DNA of 46,974 nt from positions 1 to 46,974 of the forward strand of contig ADNK01003053.1 of the NCBI GenBank assembly GCA_000320545.1, in the 5' to 3' direction. This document shows positions 1 to 12,029 of the stretch, one piece after another; the first letter of the stretch is position 1; each line of letters opens with the position of its first letter. The DNA is from Bigelowiella natans CCMP2755. Its lineage: Eukaryota; Protista; Cercozoa. Both the position numbers and the translations under genes were made by a program. The notes beneath the pieces are model-generated. The model did not search any database. It had not been told where the DNA came from and worked only from the letters and a program-made list of their open reading frames with translations.

Positions 1-253
1 GGCAAATCCGCAAAGGTAAAGGCTTTTATCTGCCCCCTAGCCACTGACAGACGGGGGGGGGGGATTGTTTTTGCTGGCTCGTCTCTTGCAGCGCCCATGC
101 GGAAATGGGAGTGAGCATGATAGTCGTATTTATGAGGATGTGTGGAGCTTCAGTTTTGTGGTGTTGTATTCGTGTGATGGCCTTCTTCAAGGGGTTCCTT
201 CTGATGTTGGCTCCTGGGATACCCTTTACATTATCCCCCCCTCTTCCCTCCCA

Positions 254-292
<39 letters not shown>

Positions 293-300
293 TCATACAG

Positions 301-831
301 TTTACGAGTACATCCGGAGCCAAATACCCACCGGCCACAAAAGAGCTCATGAGGATAAACGCGGCGGGAGAGATGGCCGCCTCAAACAGCAAGAGGAGAG
401 CTGCAGACGCCGCCTAGACCTCTCCGAGGCAGCGCCAGTCCCCCCCCCCATCCATCTCCGTCACGGCGCCACCGGGCGAGGAGGCCGAGGGGAGGGGCGA
501 TTCCCTTGAGAAAAATCGTTCTATTGGCAGGGAGGAGGAAGATGGGGAGGGCGGGGGTGAGGAGGAGGCTGTATATGAGCTTCGAGAGCGAAGGCGGCGC
601 GGATCTAGTTTATCTGTGACGCTCGAACCCCCAGTTAACAGCCCTCCCCTCCCCCCGGATCGAGTCACTGAAGCCGCTGGAGAGGGGGGGAGGAGGTCTT
701 CTCCTGGCAGCCGCGGCAGTCGCCTTGGTGGAGCGTCGAGCAAGAAACACGACGATGCGGCGAATCTAGTCGTACTTGCGACCATGTTTTGCGCCTTCGT
801 TGTGCTTGCGACATGGATCGCAAGCTGGTGA
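301..831 (+). CDS. Probable last exon of a hypothetical tail-anchored membrane protein (5' part outside the window or unresolved)
   Basis: Pyrimidine tract and acceptor (cttcatacag) end at 300. The GC-rich reading frame ends in a hydrophobic segment NLVVLATMFCAFVVLATWIASW-stop at 831. Continuity needs a one-base frame change, probably in the C-run at 440-449. Confidence 0.4.
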
Positions 832-899
832 TGGATGATGCGGTTGTGCGTTGTTGCCTTCATGTAACTATCAAAGAAACTCTAAATCCGATGTGCACA

Positions 900-1810
900 T
901 GTGTGTATTAACGTGACCTACCTAGCTAGCTATCTCGCATCTATGTAGACACATCTACACATGCCGAGCGTTTGTTTGATGACGGCGGTCTAGCGGTGCG
1001 TCGATCGTATCCATCTCGATGCGACATATTTTATCGTACATGCTGTAGCGTGCATCAACAGCTCTGAGCTAGTGTTCCCCTAGCCGTCCAGCATGCACCT
1101 AGCTAGACGACGTTATTGCACAATGATCTTGTCTAGAGCTAGCTAGCTAGATGTGACAACATCGGCGCTCGTGAGTAACAAATCAATTCTACCTTGCGGA
1201 TGATCGACTGCTGCTAGACTGTCTAGCTAGCTAGCTAGCTGTGAGCATGCTAGCATGGAAACAAAGAAAAACAAGTAGTATAGTATTAGTGATAACTGCT
1301 AGATTGATTGCCAGTTAACGCTCGAATCGCATGCTGTCTAGCTGTGCACTGCTCTGCACATCCACATGCGTCGTCGTATCGTAGCAGGCAACAGCCATGC
1401 TAGCATGTGAAGATGTGTGTGCGCTAGCATGCTAGCATGCAGTACGCACTACTGACTAGCGTAGATGATGATGTGCTCCGTTCTAGCGTTGCTAGCTAGC
1501 TAGGCTGCTGCGTGCGGCACATGCTAGCTGCTAGCTAGCTAGGCATGCACATCACAGCACTTCTAGCATCTAACTAGTTAGCACACTCATCTAGTCATGT
1601 GTGTAGCGCGCGTACCACAACGTGCCTGTGCGACTAGATCTAGCTAGCTAGGGAGAGCCGCGCATACTAATACAACTAGACAAGCTGGTGTACGACGTGT
1701 AATGTTTGCTTACACATCACACACACACAGCAGCTGACCATCAAGTCGCCTGCTGGTGCAGCTAGGCAGCGTTGAAGAGTAGCAATCTACAATGACATCA
1801 TCTAGATCAC
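900..1810. repeat. CTAG/GCATGC-rich low-complexity intergenic spacer
   Basis: About 40 CTAG tetramers counted by eye in about 900 bp, including (CTAG)3-4 runs. No credible ORF. Confidence 0.8.
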
Positions 1811-1991
1811 ACGTGTTCTCTACAACTTTTTTATTGATTAAATTTACATTCTGCGTGTATGTATTTCATAGATATGGCCATATAGCAAGCACATGGAAAT
1901 CAGTATGTTTTCAGCCATATATCATCATGGCCAAATGCGTCGCAACGACCGGCATCACGCACTCTCTAGCACTGTGCGTATGCACATGTCC

Positions 1992-2796
1992 TAATTGCTG
2001 CTGCCATTGCTATTCTTCTTCTTCTTCTTCTTTAAGCTGCTGGGAAGCAGCAGCTTACCCTGGATAAACAGAGAACCGACAAAAGAGGAAGAAAAGGGGG
2101 GGGAGGGGGGGGGAAGGTTGAGAAATAGATGGAAAACGACGAGATATAATATATAGACACGTAAATCAGGAAATCGTGCACAACGCCAAGTAAACGTAAC
2201 CTATACACTTTAAGGCCAATACACATCAAAGAAACACCGAATATGCGCTGCTTCTTTTGCTGTTGGGAGAAGAAATCTCCGGTAATTCCCAGGAGCATCA
2301 TGCTGCAAAGAGGCTACTATTTCCTGGCATGGTAGCCAATGTTTGGGAGCTTGGAATGGGGTTAAAACATGAAAACAAGCGAGCTGCATCGTCGTTCTTC
2401 TCTCTTCTACCGTCAGCTTGTCCTTTGCCCCTGACATGAAGATATTCCCTAGATTTTGCGCGGCCTTCATTTGCTTCCTTTGGAGTTGCGTGTATTATTA
2501 TAATTGTCGCGTTTAGTATTTGTTATGATCAGTTTTGTTTTTTTGGCATGATATCGTTTTCTGTTACTATGCAAGAGGAGCTTACTACTACTACTACTAC
2601 TACTACTACTATTCCTACTACTACTACTATTCCTTCTACTACTACTACTACTACTACTACTATTTTTACTTTGACGTGGCTCGGTACTGCTGCAGCGTTT
2701 GGTCTTTGTTGCGGTTACTATAGAGCTCCTGCTCTTCCTTCGACTCGAATTTTGACTTTCTCAGGCCTATGTGGGTACACACGTGTGTGCATGTGT

Positions 2797-2828
<32 letters not shown>

Positions 2829-4600
2829 AAACAGCATATAATAAATAATAATGTACTTAAAATGTTCAAAGATAGCTGCTTGGTTTAGCCATTCGAGCAG
2901 TTCTAAAAAGGAAGCGTCTGCATCACAACCGATCAATTATCCCCCGCCCCCCTCAAATATTCACTTCTACGAAGTTTTAATATGCATGAAGACGCCTTAG
3001 AACCACAGCTATTCGTCATACAACCTCTATCATCATCACCATTATCATCATCATCATTATTGCCCTCGTCATCAACAGCATCATAATCATCATCATCATT
3101 CCACATCCTCAAGAGCTGTTTTCTGAACATGCGTCGGGCCAATAAACGCGAAAAAATCATCGGCAGTCTCCTTTTGTTTAAGCTCAGAGTCTATGTAGGC
3201 AATTGCACAAACCAGATTTCCCTGTCGTTCTCACTCCAAGCTGCTTATTCATAAAACAGGCCAAAGAGCCCTTCGTTTCTCCCGTTCCTTTAATCCTCCT
3301 TTCATCGATTCCGGGGTAAATGTTAGTGCTATGCGCCAAAATACTATTGTTTCAACGCTATCTAAATATCCAAACATCTGTGTGGGGAGAAGATGCGGAA
3401 GATGTTGTACGGTATGGTACAATCAGCCTTATAAACTAACTCTCCATACTCGCTGATATTCAAGCAGAAACATACGAAATCTACCCGTCGGCTGTTTTTT
3501 GCGCCCCCCCCCTTCTCGGGCCTGGAAAAGTCTTGGTACGGTATCTATATGAAATCAATCCAGACATATTCAAAAAGGAGGAGAACATAGAACAACCGCC
3601 CCTCCACCACCTCCCCGAGCCAAAGGGAGGAAAAAAAACCTCTAAAACAACGATTTTGGTAATGATCGAAGATTCGAGGGTTTTTCCGGTGCAGCGCTTG
3701 ATTGGCGTTGGTATGGGGTATAAAATCCTATCATTTTTGTTTAATAATCTTCTCTTTTAGAATTCCCCATCCCTCCCCCCCTCCTCATATGCTAGGACCA
3801 ACCTGCCAGCGTCTTGCCCAGCGCTGCTTTTCGGAGCAGCGGACTCTTGAGACAGTCTTTTCTTCAGCACACCTGTTTTCTTGAAGCCTTGGAACTGAGA
3901 TCGTTGCAGCATTTTGTGTGGGGGAAACGAGTGAGGATGGGTCTTTGGAATCAATGATGTGACAAGACGGATGTGTATTCGGACGATTCGATCCTGTAAC
4001 CAAGGAGCGTACAAGCTCCTCAGCTCAAGACACAGGGAATCTATGCATGCGTGCAGTGTGTTGCATTCACGCACCCCAAAAGGATTCTTTGGCGGCTCAT
4101 TCTTCGGAGCTGATGATGAAGATACGAAATCACAATTAACGCCAAAGACATGTAGGGGGAAAGAAAAACTTGCAATTGTTGAGCAGAGGTAGCGAATCGC
4201 CCAATCTCTCGTTCATTGCCACCTTCCTGCCCCGGCTTGTAGAAGCTTCTCATCTGCACACGACAGCAGAAGATATCAAAGAACAACACCAAAAACAAGC
4301 GCGCGCGAACCAAAGCGAGTTAACAATCACGTCCGCATCCAAAGGAATAGTAGACATGCATGCGGCACTTGGAAACACGGAAGTCAGTTGAGCGAACCTT
4401 TGCCTCCTGGCCTCTCACCCACTTCCTGCAAGACGGCCTGCGTGCTGACCCCAGTCGGAATTTAGCGATGAGGAGGAGAGAGACAGAGCGGAGCGACTCG
4501 TGGGCCGAAACGGGCGAAAGTGTGACGCCGAACCTTCGAACAGCGGATTTCCCCCATTCAACCCGATAATTTCCAGCCCAAACCTCCCCATCTCGAAGGA
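1992..4600 (-). CDS. Putative multi-exon hypothetical gene (structure unresolved)
   Basis: Several minus-strand segments are bounded by AG/GT, e.g. DASFLELLEWLNQAAIFEHFK (about 2858-2918), MKAAQNLGNIFMSGAKDKLT (about 2411-2470) and RSQFQGFKKTGVLKKRLSQESAAPKSSAGQDAG (about 3823-3905). They are separated by microsatellite introns. No family recognised. Confidence 0.3.
2583..2663. repeat. Imperfect (TAC)n microsatellite
   Basis: Direct reading of the tactactac... array. Confidence 0.9.
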
Positions 4601-5003
4601 GCCGCAATCACCGAAACTCAAAAACTTTTAGCGTTTATATTCTGCGACATAGTAGATCTTTTGCCTCAGAGAGTTTTTTTCGGCGACTCGGGGCGTGTAT
4701 TAGGTAGATGCTTGGATTACGCCCGAAGAGAACGCAGCCCAGAACTGCAATGCGAAGTGCATAATTCTTAGTTTCCAGAATCATGCGTCTTTTAAGGAAA
4801 ATAGAGTATATTGTATACCTACGACAACGGTAAATCTATGTCGCAATTGATTTGATGAAAGCGGGCAACGGACCTGGTGTACAGCACGCAAACTCCAGCC
4901 CTCCACTTCCTCGCGCGTGGCAATCCGGCGCCCCCTCTCCTCTCCCGGCGTGCTTGGTGAACATCGCTGTTGATATCGGGATCGCCAAGGGGGACATATA
5001 ATA

Positions 5004-6491
5004 ATGGGAGATAACGATGGGAGCTCGGGGCAAAACAAGAGGAAGTTTTCGCTCTCGTTCTCCTCCAAGAAGGGGACGAAGAGGTCCAAGGGCTCAGTGA
5101 AGATTCAGGTGCAGGAGAAGGAGCGGGAGAAGATCTACGTAAGTTCCCTCTCTACGAGTAAACTCAAGAAACTCGGTCAAAATAAAAAAGAGGCTCTTGT
5201 AATCCCTCTGAGGAAGGACAACTGGGAGGAGAAAGAGGTGCAAGGCGGGAACAGCGGCAGTAGCAGAGCCGATGGGGGGAGCACGAACGCTGACGAAAAG
5301 AAAATGGAGGTGGAGGCGCCTTCGAAATCACCACCTCGAAAACCCAAGGAGGAAGAAAAGCCTGTATATGGGCTAGTTGACCGGAAAAAAATGAGGGAGG
5401 AGTCTGCAAAGAAGTCAAACGCCGGCGCAAAGCCGATGCTGCTCATGAACCAGGTCCCGGGCCTAGACCGCTTCGACAACGACTCGGAGAAGTTTCGCCA
5501 CGACATCAGCATGCGGCCGCAAGAATCCACATTGGCCGACTACGAGCGAATACCCGTGGAGGACTTCGGCAAAGCGATGCTGCGGGGGATGGGGTGGAAG
5601 CCTGGCGGGAAGATAGGGGTCGGCGCTAACGCTAAGCACGTCGAGCCCATTCAATTCCTGAAGCGGGGGTACCGAGCAGGCTTGGGAGCCGACGACAAAC
5701 TAGTGGCGCTCAAGAACGCCAAGAAGGAGAGGAAGTACATCCGGCCCGGGGAGAAGCGGGGAGTGAAGATGCCGCAGGTGGCCAAGGACGCGGACGGGAA
5801 GAGGCGCCATTATCAGAAAATCGGCGAGAAGCTTCAGACTGTGAAGGACCTTGTGCTGGAAAAGGGGGCACTCGTCGAGTTCGTAGCCGGCGCGCACAAA
5901 GGGCTGTTTGGCCGCGTCGAGAAAATGATCTTGGAGATCGGTGGTGGTCGCTGTGTCGTTTGCCTCAACATAGGGCACGCACTGGTGAAGGCGAAGAACA
6001 AGAATCTAAAGGTGCTTGATGGCGACGCCCTTCCTAAAAACCACCAGGCCTTTGCCACCAAGCAGGTCAAGACAGCCTCCTCGAAGGACGGCCGGGGGAA
6101 GGAATCGTCGGGCAAGAAGAGCAAGAAGAAGGTGCGGAAAGTGACGTGGGTTCGGCCCAACATCCGCGTCCGCGTCGTTAGCAAGAGCCTAGAGGGGGGT
6201 AGGTACTACAACAAGAAAGGCACTGTGTACGACGTCACATCCATGTACGAATTCACGGTGCTGATGAAGGGGGACCAGAAGCTCGTCGAGCATGTCATCG
6301 AGAGAAACGTCGATACCGCGCTGCCAAAGGCCGGCGGCAGAGTGATGGTCGTCCTGGGCGAGCATAAGGGGAAGGTTGGCACGCTGATAGAGAGAAACTC
6401 GAAGGCGAAGAAAGGGGCGGTGGTGCAGCTCGACGACGAGGTGGAGCTGTGTATTTGCAGCTTCGACCAAGTCGCTGAGTATGTTCCGTGA
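5004..6491 (+). CDS. GPKOW: G-patch domain and KOW motifs-containing protein (Spp2/MOS2 family splicing factor)
   Basis: 495-aa uninterrupted ORF. Spp2-type G-patch ESTLADYERIPVEDFGKAMLRGMGWKPG...RAGLGA, and KOW repeats (GAHKGLFGRV; WVRPNIRVRVVSK...GRYYNKKGTV; VMVVLGEHKGKVGTLIER). Confidence 0.93.
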   Translation: MGDNDGSSGQNKRKFSLSFSSKKGTKRSKGSVKIQVQEKEREKIYVSSLSTSKLKKLGQNKKEALVIPLRKDNWEEKEVQGGNSGSSRADGGSTNADEKKMEVEAPSKSPPRKPKEEEKPVYGLVDRKKMREESAKKSNAGAKPMLLMNQVPGLDRFDNDSEKFRHDISMRPQESTLADYERIPVEDFGKAMLRGMGWKPGGKIGVGANAKHVEPIQFLKRGYRAGLGADDKLVALKNAKKERKYIRPGEKRGVKMPQVAKDADGKRRHYQKIGEKLQTVKDLVLEKGALVEFVAGAHKGLFGRVEKMILEIGGGRCVVCLNIGHALVKAKNKNLKVLDGDALPKNHQAFATKQVKTASSKDGRGKESSGKKSKKKVRKVTWVRPNIRVRVVSKSLEGGRYYNKKGTVYDVTSMYEFTVLMKGDQKLVEHVIERNVDTALPKAGGRVMVVLGEHKGKVGTLIERNSKAKKGAVVQLDDEVELCICSFDQVAEYVP

Positions 6492-7447
6492 GCACAGCCG
6501 TGATGGGCTAAGCAAACGACGGTGTTATCGGGTCGTCGTGTGTGCTGCATCTGTAAGTCTCTATCAGTGTATATTATCAAGCAGCCTTGCATGCTGCAAA
6601 AAGCACCGTGTTCGTCACATTAGTTCTGAGTGTCTGTGCGTCTTAAAACATCTTCGTTTAATACAATATGAATGTAAATATGCACGCATGCATGCATGCA
6701 TGCACGTCTAAGCGTCTTCACGATGCGACGTGGTAACCTTACGAGCATAAAGCTACAGCATCATCGTGCATGTAGCAATCTACTAGTCTAGCATATAAAT
6801 ATGTGCTGACAAGGTCTATGCTAGCTATGGAGGATGTTGTATGCCCACAGAGAAAAACTCCACCGTTTAAATAGATGACGCACATTTTAGGTCGAATAAA
6901 ACATGGGCGACCACACGTAAGCGCATGCATATATGGATGCGAGGCTGATGGCAGATTTAGAGATCTACAAGCGTGAGTGTAGCCTCAGCAGTATAGGATG
7001 TATATAGTGAGCCTGTTTAGCTAGTATGGCATGTCAACAATATGCAGCTGTGGTTTGAATGTAATTTCTGCTTTGCCTGTTAGACTAGCATGGCATCAGC
7101 TGTAAGCTAGCACGTATAGCACTTTTCATTTTAGCATCTACGCATGTCTAGTCATGCACGGTTATTATTGTGTGTTTGTTGCGGCGGCACCAAATGATGC
7201 GTATAGAATGGGGCGCATTGGCCCATACGATCTAGCGACGCCGCAATCATCTAGGCGATAGCTGTAGAACAGCACGGCAGCAGGCAATATGCAGGCACAA
7301 CTAACGCAACACAGCCCATACGTCATAGGACGTCGCCTATCCGCTGGACAGTGTGCTTTCGTAGGTCACCGGATGTGGATTTATTTCACTTAATCAAAAC
7401 AATAGCTGCTAATCTACAATTCGCCATTGATGATCACAGTTGCAAGC

Positions 7448-8377
7448 TCAACTGGGGTGCTGTTGAATCATTGCTGCGGCGGCTCGTGCAAACACTTCAG
7501 CGCCTTTAATAATATCTTCTTCCTTTGTGTCCTCCCGGAAATCGTGGGAAATGCCATCAATGGAAGGCACAAATAGCATTACTGAGGGGATTTGTCCCAT
7601 TTTCTTAATAATCCCGGCATCGTGAATAGCGCCTGAGGGGTGGAGGGGGGGGGGGGTATAAAACACGCCAAATCAAACACCTTATCTCAGCCTACATCTG
7701 CCATGCCGCCTCGAAACGCATCGCTCACCGCTGAACAGGTCTTCGCAAGAAGCACCAGAATGGACCGCGCTTTCCCTGACGATGTCGACCAAATGGCTGT
7801 CCATGTGTACGGCCTCAACCGCTAGCCGATCCCCAGCATCGAGCTCCACATCTACAGGCACCTCCGGGTCGCCGCGAAACGCCTCCACCAGCCGCTTGAC
7901 CTCGAGGTACATCTCGTCCATCCGCTCCTCGGTCGCCGCACGCCACTGCACCGTCAGATCTGCATGCGAGGGAATGATGCTGGCCGCTCCGGGAGAGACC
8001 TCGATCTTTCCCATCGTCCAAACGGCTTCTGTAGAACCTGTGCGGGGCGCCGCCGTGGCAATAAACGAGCGTTTGGGGTTTGTTGAAAACATGGGACATG
8101 CAGCGGGAAGATACTCCCTCGCGAAAGCTCGAATGCTCCGCCTGCTATTGCGGCGCGTTCTTCGCTATCATAAAGCGCTATCCCCCGCCCCCCCCATCTC
8201 TCTCTCTCTCTCTCTCTCTCTCACCGTATTTTTGCCCCATGATGTTACTAAGTTTGTATGCAAACTGGATTGCCCCTTGGAACGCATCTCTCCTGTCCTA
8301 GAATATGACCATGAACATCGTGGAAGGACAGCTCAGCTTGGAGAATATATACATTTATATATATAAATATATACATT

Positions 8378-8420
<43 letters not shown>

Positions 8421-9870
8421 GGATATGTTGACTAACAACAAAAATGCGCGCGCGCGCGCACACACACACCCACACACACACACCCTCATTTGCGTAGACC
8501 CCGCGTGGTTCGATTCACCGCTGAAAAGCACTCGACATTGCCGCAGACCCACGATCCTACGAAAGAACGTTACAAACAATGCGCTTCCATCCCCACATCC
8601 CAACAGCGCTTAAAACACACGATGCGCGACGAGTTCCACCGAATTCCTATACTTATGGAAATGGTCTATTGCAGCAAAAGAATGAAAAATAGCACAGAAA
8701 ACGACGTCGAAGCAGAAGTTCTCCCGAGTACCCGGTCACAGCTGCAACGTCCACATTTCCCCTCTCCAGTCTCCGACCCTAATGGCGAGGGAATGCTTAG
8801 TCCGCAGGGGCTATCAAATTCGTTTCTGTATTGGTTTCCCGCGAATATTCTACTTCACCTGCTCGATGTGAGCCTCGAAATACCCAAAGTACGGCCCTTT
8901 CAAGGGGCCGTCTCCAAGTCGGAACAGCGGCAGATCTTGCAAATCACGGTTTCGTATCTCCTCGCCTATTCAACGAAACCGAGTTAGTTTCATCGGAGAA
9001 GTAGATAAAATGCGTGTTCTTGTTTCCCCCCCCTCATACCTAATGTTAGCCTCGGAGCGACGCCTTCAGGACTGCTACTCACAGAGCCCATATCGACGTT
9101 TCCTAAGAGGTAGATGATAAGGCGGCGGGTTTGAATTTAGGCATACACACACCCCCTTACCTCCACAAATGCTCGTCGAACCAACGAGAGAGCCAAAGCG
9201 CCCTGATTTTCACACAGGAGGACTCTGCGTTAGTTTCTGAGGCTATCGTCGCTGGAATTCGTGACTTTCTACCTTCCTCGTCGTTGAAGTTGACCACATC
9301 AAGGACCTGAGGCAGTCCGTGCTCCTTGAGCGCTCGGGCCGCTTCGATAGCGAAGACAACCCCGAGGGCGCCATCTAGCCACCCTGTGTGCGAGGTCGGC
9401 GCGACCATCAACAAAATCGATTTTGACTGGTGAAAAATTGAAACGGAAGAAATCCCCTTTATGTGTCATACGCACGCAAAGCGAGTACCTCCTGTCGGCT
9501 GCGTGTCTGAATGGCTGCCAGCCAGAAGGCGAGGTCTCGTTGGGTTTGCGTCGTCACCCGAACCGACGCACACGGTGTTACCTAGTCGGTCCATAGACGT
9601 CTCCATCCCACTCTCCTCGCATCGCTGCATCAGCCACTTCCTCGCCTCCACATCCTGCGGGGTCAGAGCCGGCCGAATCACGCCCTTCTTCACCCCATCC
9701 CCCCCTTTGGCTTCTGGGACATAGGGCTCTGCTGCTCCGATGGAACGAAGGTGATGAAGATCTTCCATAAGCCTGGTAGGGTTGATGTTTATGATAGGGG
9801 CGGCACTAGAAGAGAAAAAACGACGCAGGGGCGCCATCACGCGCCGCCTCCCGATCAACGCGGCGACCAT
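7448..9870 (-). CDS. Zn-dependent M20-family amidohydrolase (N-carbamoyl-L-amino-acid / allantoate amidohydrolase-like), multi-exon, likely mitochondrial presequence
   Basis: Family motifs occur in order across GT-AG exons: MDRLGN, LLAGSHSDTQPTGG|WLDGALGV, NFNDEEG|RFG, SGESNHAGSTQM, GKIEVSPGAASIIP, SG|AIHDA, MLFVPSIDGISHDFREDT. N-terminus is MVAALIGRRRVMAPLRRFFSSSAA. Alternative ATG at 9909. Confidence 0.88.
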
Positions 9871-10342
9871 TCTCGGGGAGCCAAAATTTGTGAGATTCCG
9901 GGATTTCATCGCGACAATGAAATTTAGATATTTTTAGGATAAAATGCGATCCAAAACAATTTTATGACTGGATAAATACTCGCACAGATTTTTGCGGAAG
10001 AAAAAGTACGAGATAGTCTCAGCGTTTCTGCCCCTGAAAAACCGTACCAATTTGGCCTTGCGACAATGAATCTCGAGATATTTCACTCTCACCCTTGCCT
10101 CGCAACTGAGCATCTTTCTATACGTTTGAGTTCCGACAAACTTTCGTCCTGAGAAGCGAGTTCCAAGGTAACAATTCAGTCGATGAATTACAGATTTATG
10201 GAAGAAATATGCAAATATATACGAGAAACTTCGTAGAAAAAGATTTAATATTTCCTCAAAACCCACAGGCTCCGGAAACGTAGTTTACTCCTCCCGACCC
10301 GCCCCCGCTTTCGTCTCCTTCGTTGTGCCCTCTGTGCCGATC

Positions 10343-11223
10343 ATGGCCGATTACAAATTTATCTTCAAGTACATAATCGTGGGAGATACAGGTTGGTGGA
10401 ATTCTCGAATGATTTGATCTGCATCCCTCCGCCGCTCTTTACTCTTCCTCTGATATCTTATCACATCATTCATGATGGGGACTCATTTCTTCGCTGCCCG
10501 CATATGTTGAGTACGATGTAAATCCTCCCTATTCGAACGAAGTTGGTAATCAAGCTTACATGAAAGGTGTCGGAAAGTCGTGCCTCCTCCTCCAGTTCAC
10601 TGACAAGCGATTCGTGCCGGTCCTCAGCTCACTTATACACTTTCAGAACCAGACGATATCAGCACATATGCCTGGAGACCCTATCCTTGTTAATAAGAAG
10701 GCCGGCTTTGATAGATTTTAATATGAATGAAAAGGTTCATGACATGACGATTGGGGTCGAGTTTGGAGCAAGAATCATCAATCTTGAAGGAACTTCAGGT
10801 AGCTGCTTTCGCATTGCCCTGGATTGCTGCCGCGTTATGCCCCTCATTTCAAATAACCGAAAATCCAATTTCCGTCCCACACATTTGAAAGCGCTTTTGA
10901 ATTGGTGTCGTTTGATTGCGACTTGTGAGATGTTGATGGGAGTGAGGGGGTGAGCGTCCTTCTGCGCTTTCTTGCTTTCTGAGCACCCTTGTTCTTCATG
11001 TTCGATCAAATCTTTAAAAGTTAAAATCCAGGTCTGGGACACGGCGGTAAGACTATGCACATGCCCTCGCTCCTCCCCCTCCTCCACTAAACATATCAAA
11101 TGCTTAGTGCAAATTGAAGTGATACGAAAAACAACCATCGATCACGCTTTCGCTCTGCGGTCGCATTTAGACTCTGCCATATTCTCTAGCTTTGTTTTTG
11201 ATGTGTATCCATAAAGAATAGTT

Positions 11224-11300
<77 letters not shown>

Positions 11301-11979
11301 ATATAGGGTCAGGAGTCGTTCCGATCTATCACAAACAGCTACTACCGCGGAAGTGCTGGCATTTTGGTTGTGTACGACATCACAAAGGCGTAGAAAGACG
11401 CTGTGATCCTGATCATCGGTAACAAAACCGACCTTGGAGATGCCAGACAGGTCCCTCGTTCCTTCTTCTACTTCTTCCTCTGATTCTTCTTCTTCTTCTC
11501 CTCATCCTCTTTGATTTAACGCATTCATCCTCTCCACGACAGCGAACCTGACCCCCCCTCGTATGGTTAATGTGTTAATTTAAAAAATGCCGGCAATAGG
11601 TTTCCACGGAGGAGGGGGAGAGCCTCGCCGCGAAGCACAATGCTCGCTTTGTCGAAACATCGGCCAAATCCGCGCACAACGTGGATAAAGCTTTCATGAT
11701 TACTGCAAGAGAGATACTGAAGGTAGGTGGCAATTACAGAAAGAAGAGAGTAGAACTGCAGGAAGTACATGGGGAGGACTAATAATGAGCACGTGTTTAT
11801 TCATGCCCTGATATCCACCAAATCTGAACACCGATTTGTGCTGTTCTACGCATCGAAAGACGGAACAATTCGCGGATAAAGCTATTGGAGGCGACAAGGA
11901 GCTGCTGATAAGTGAGAGGAAAAGCAACATAAATCTTGATGACGAAGAGAAAGAAAAACGAAGGTGCTGCAGTAAATAG
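10343..11979 (+). CDS. RAB2: Rab2-like small GTPase, multi-exon, with an in-frame stop and a missing segment in this sequence
   Basis: Exons encode MADYKFIFKYIIVGDTG|VGKSCLLLQFTDKRFVP|VHDMTIGVEFGARII..|VKIQVWDTA|GQESFRSITNSYYRGSAG..IGNKTD..|VSTEEG..FVETSAK..|..RRCCSK-stop. A TAG at 11391 interrupts the frame. Confidence 0.85.
11228..11296. repeat. Perfect (TA)n microsatellite in a Rab intron
   Basis: Direct reading. Representative of many intronic (TA)n arrays (e.g. about 22218, 24853, 26701, 40033, 43238). Confidence 0.95.
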
Positions 11980-12029
11980 AAATGCTTGCGGCCCAGAAGT
12001 TAAGAAATTAAGATGTCGACGCACGCGCC

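Noticed and set aside
2535-2841. Poly-Tyr / poly-Thr ORFs and similar YIYI, HTHT, ERER, LSLS ORFs throughout
   Set aside because: Translations of intronic microsatellites.
11388-11393. 6-nt GC-AG micro-intron rescuing the Rab frame
   Set aside because: Too short for spliceosomal removal, and it would still leave about 20 conserved residues missing.
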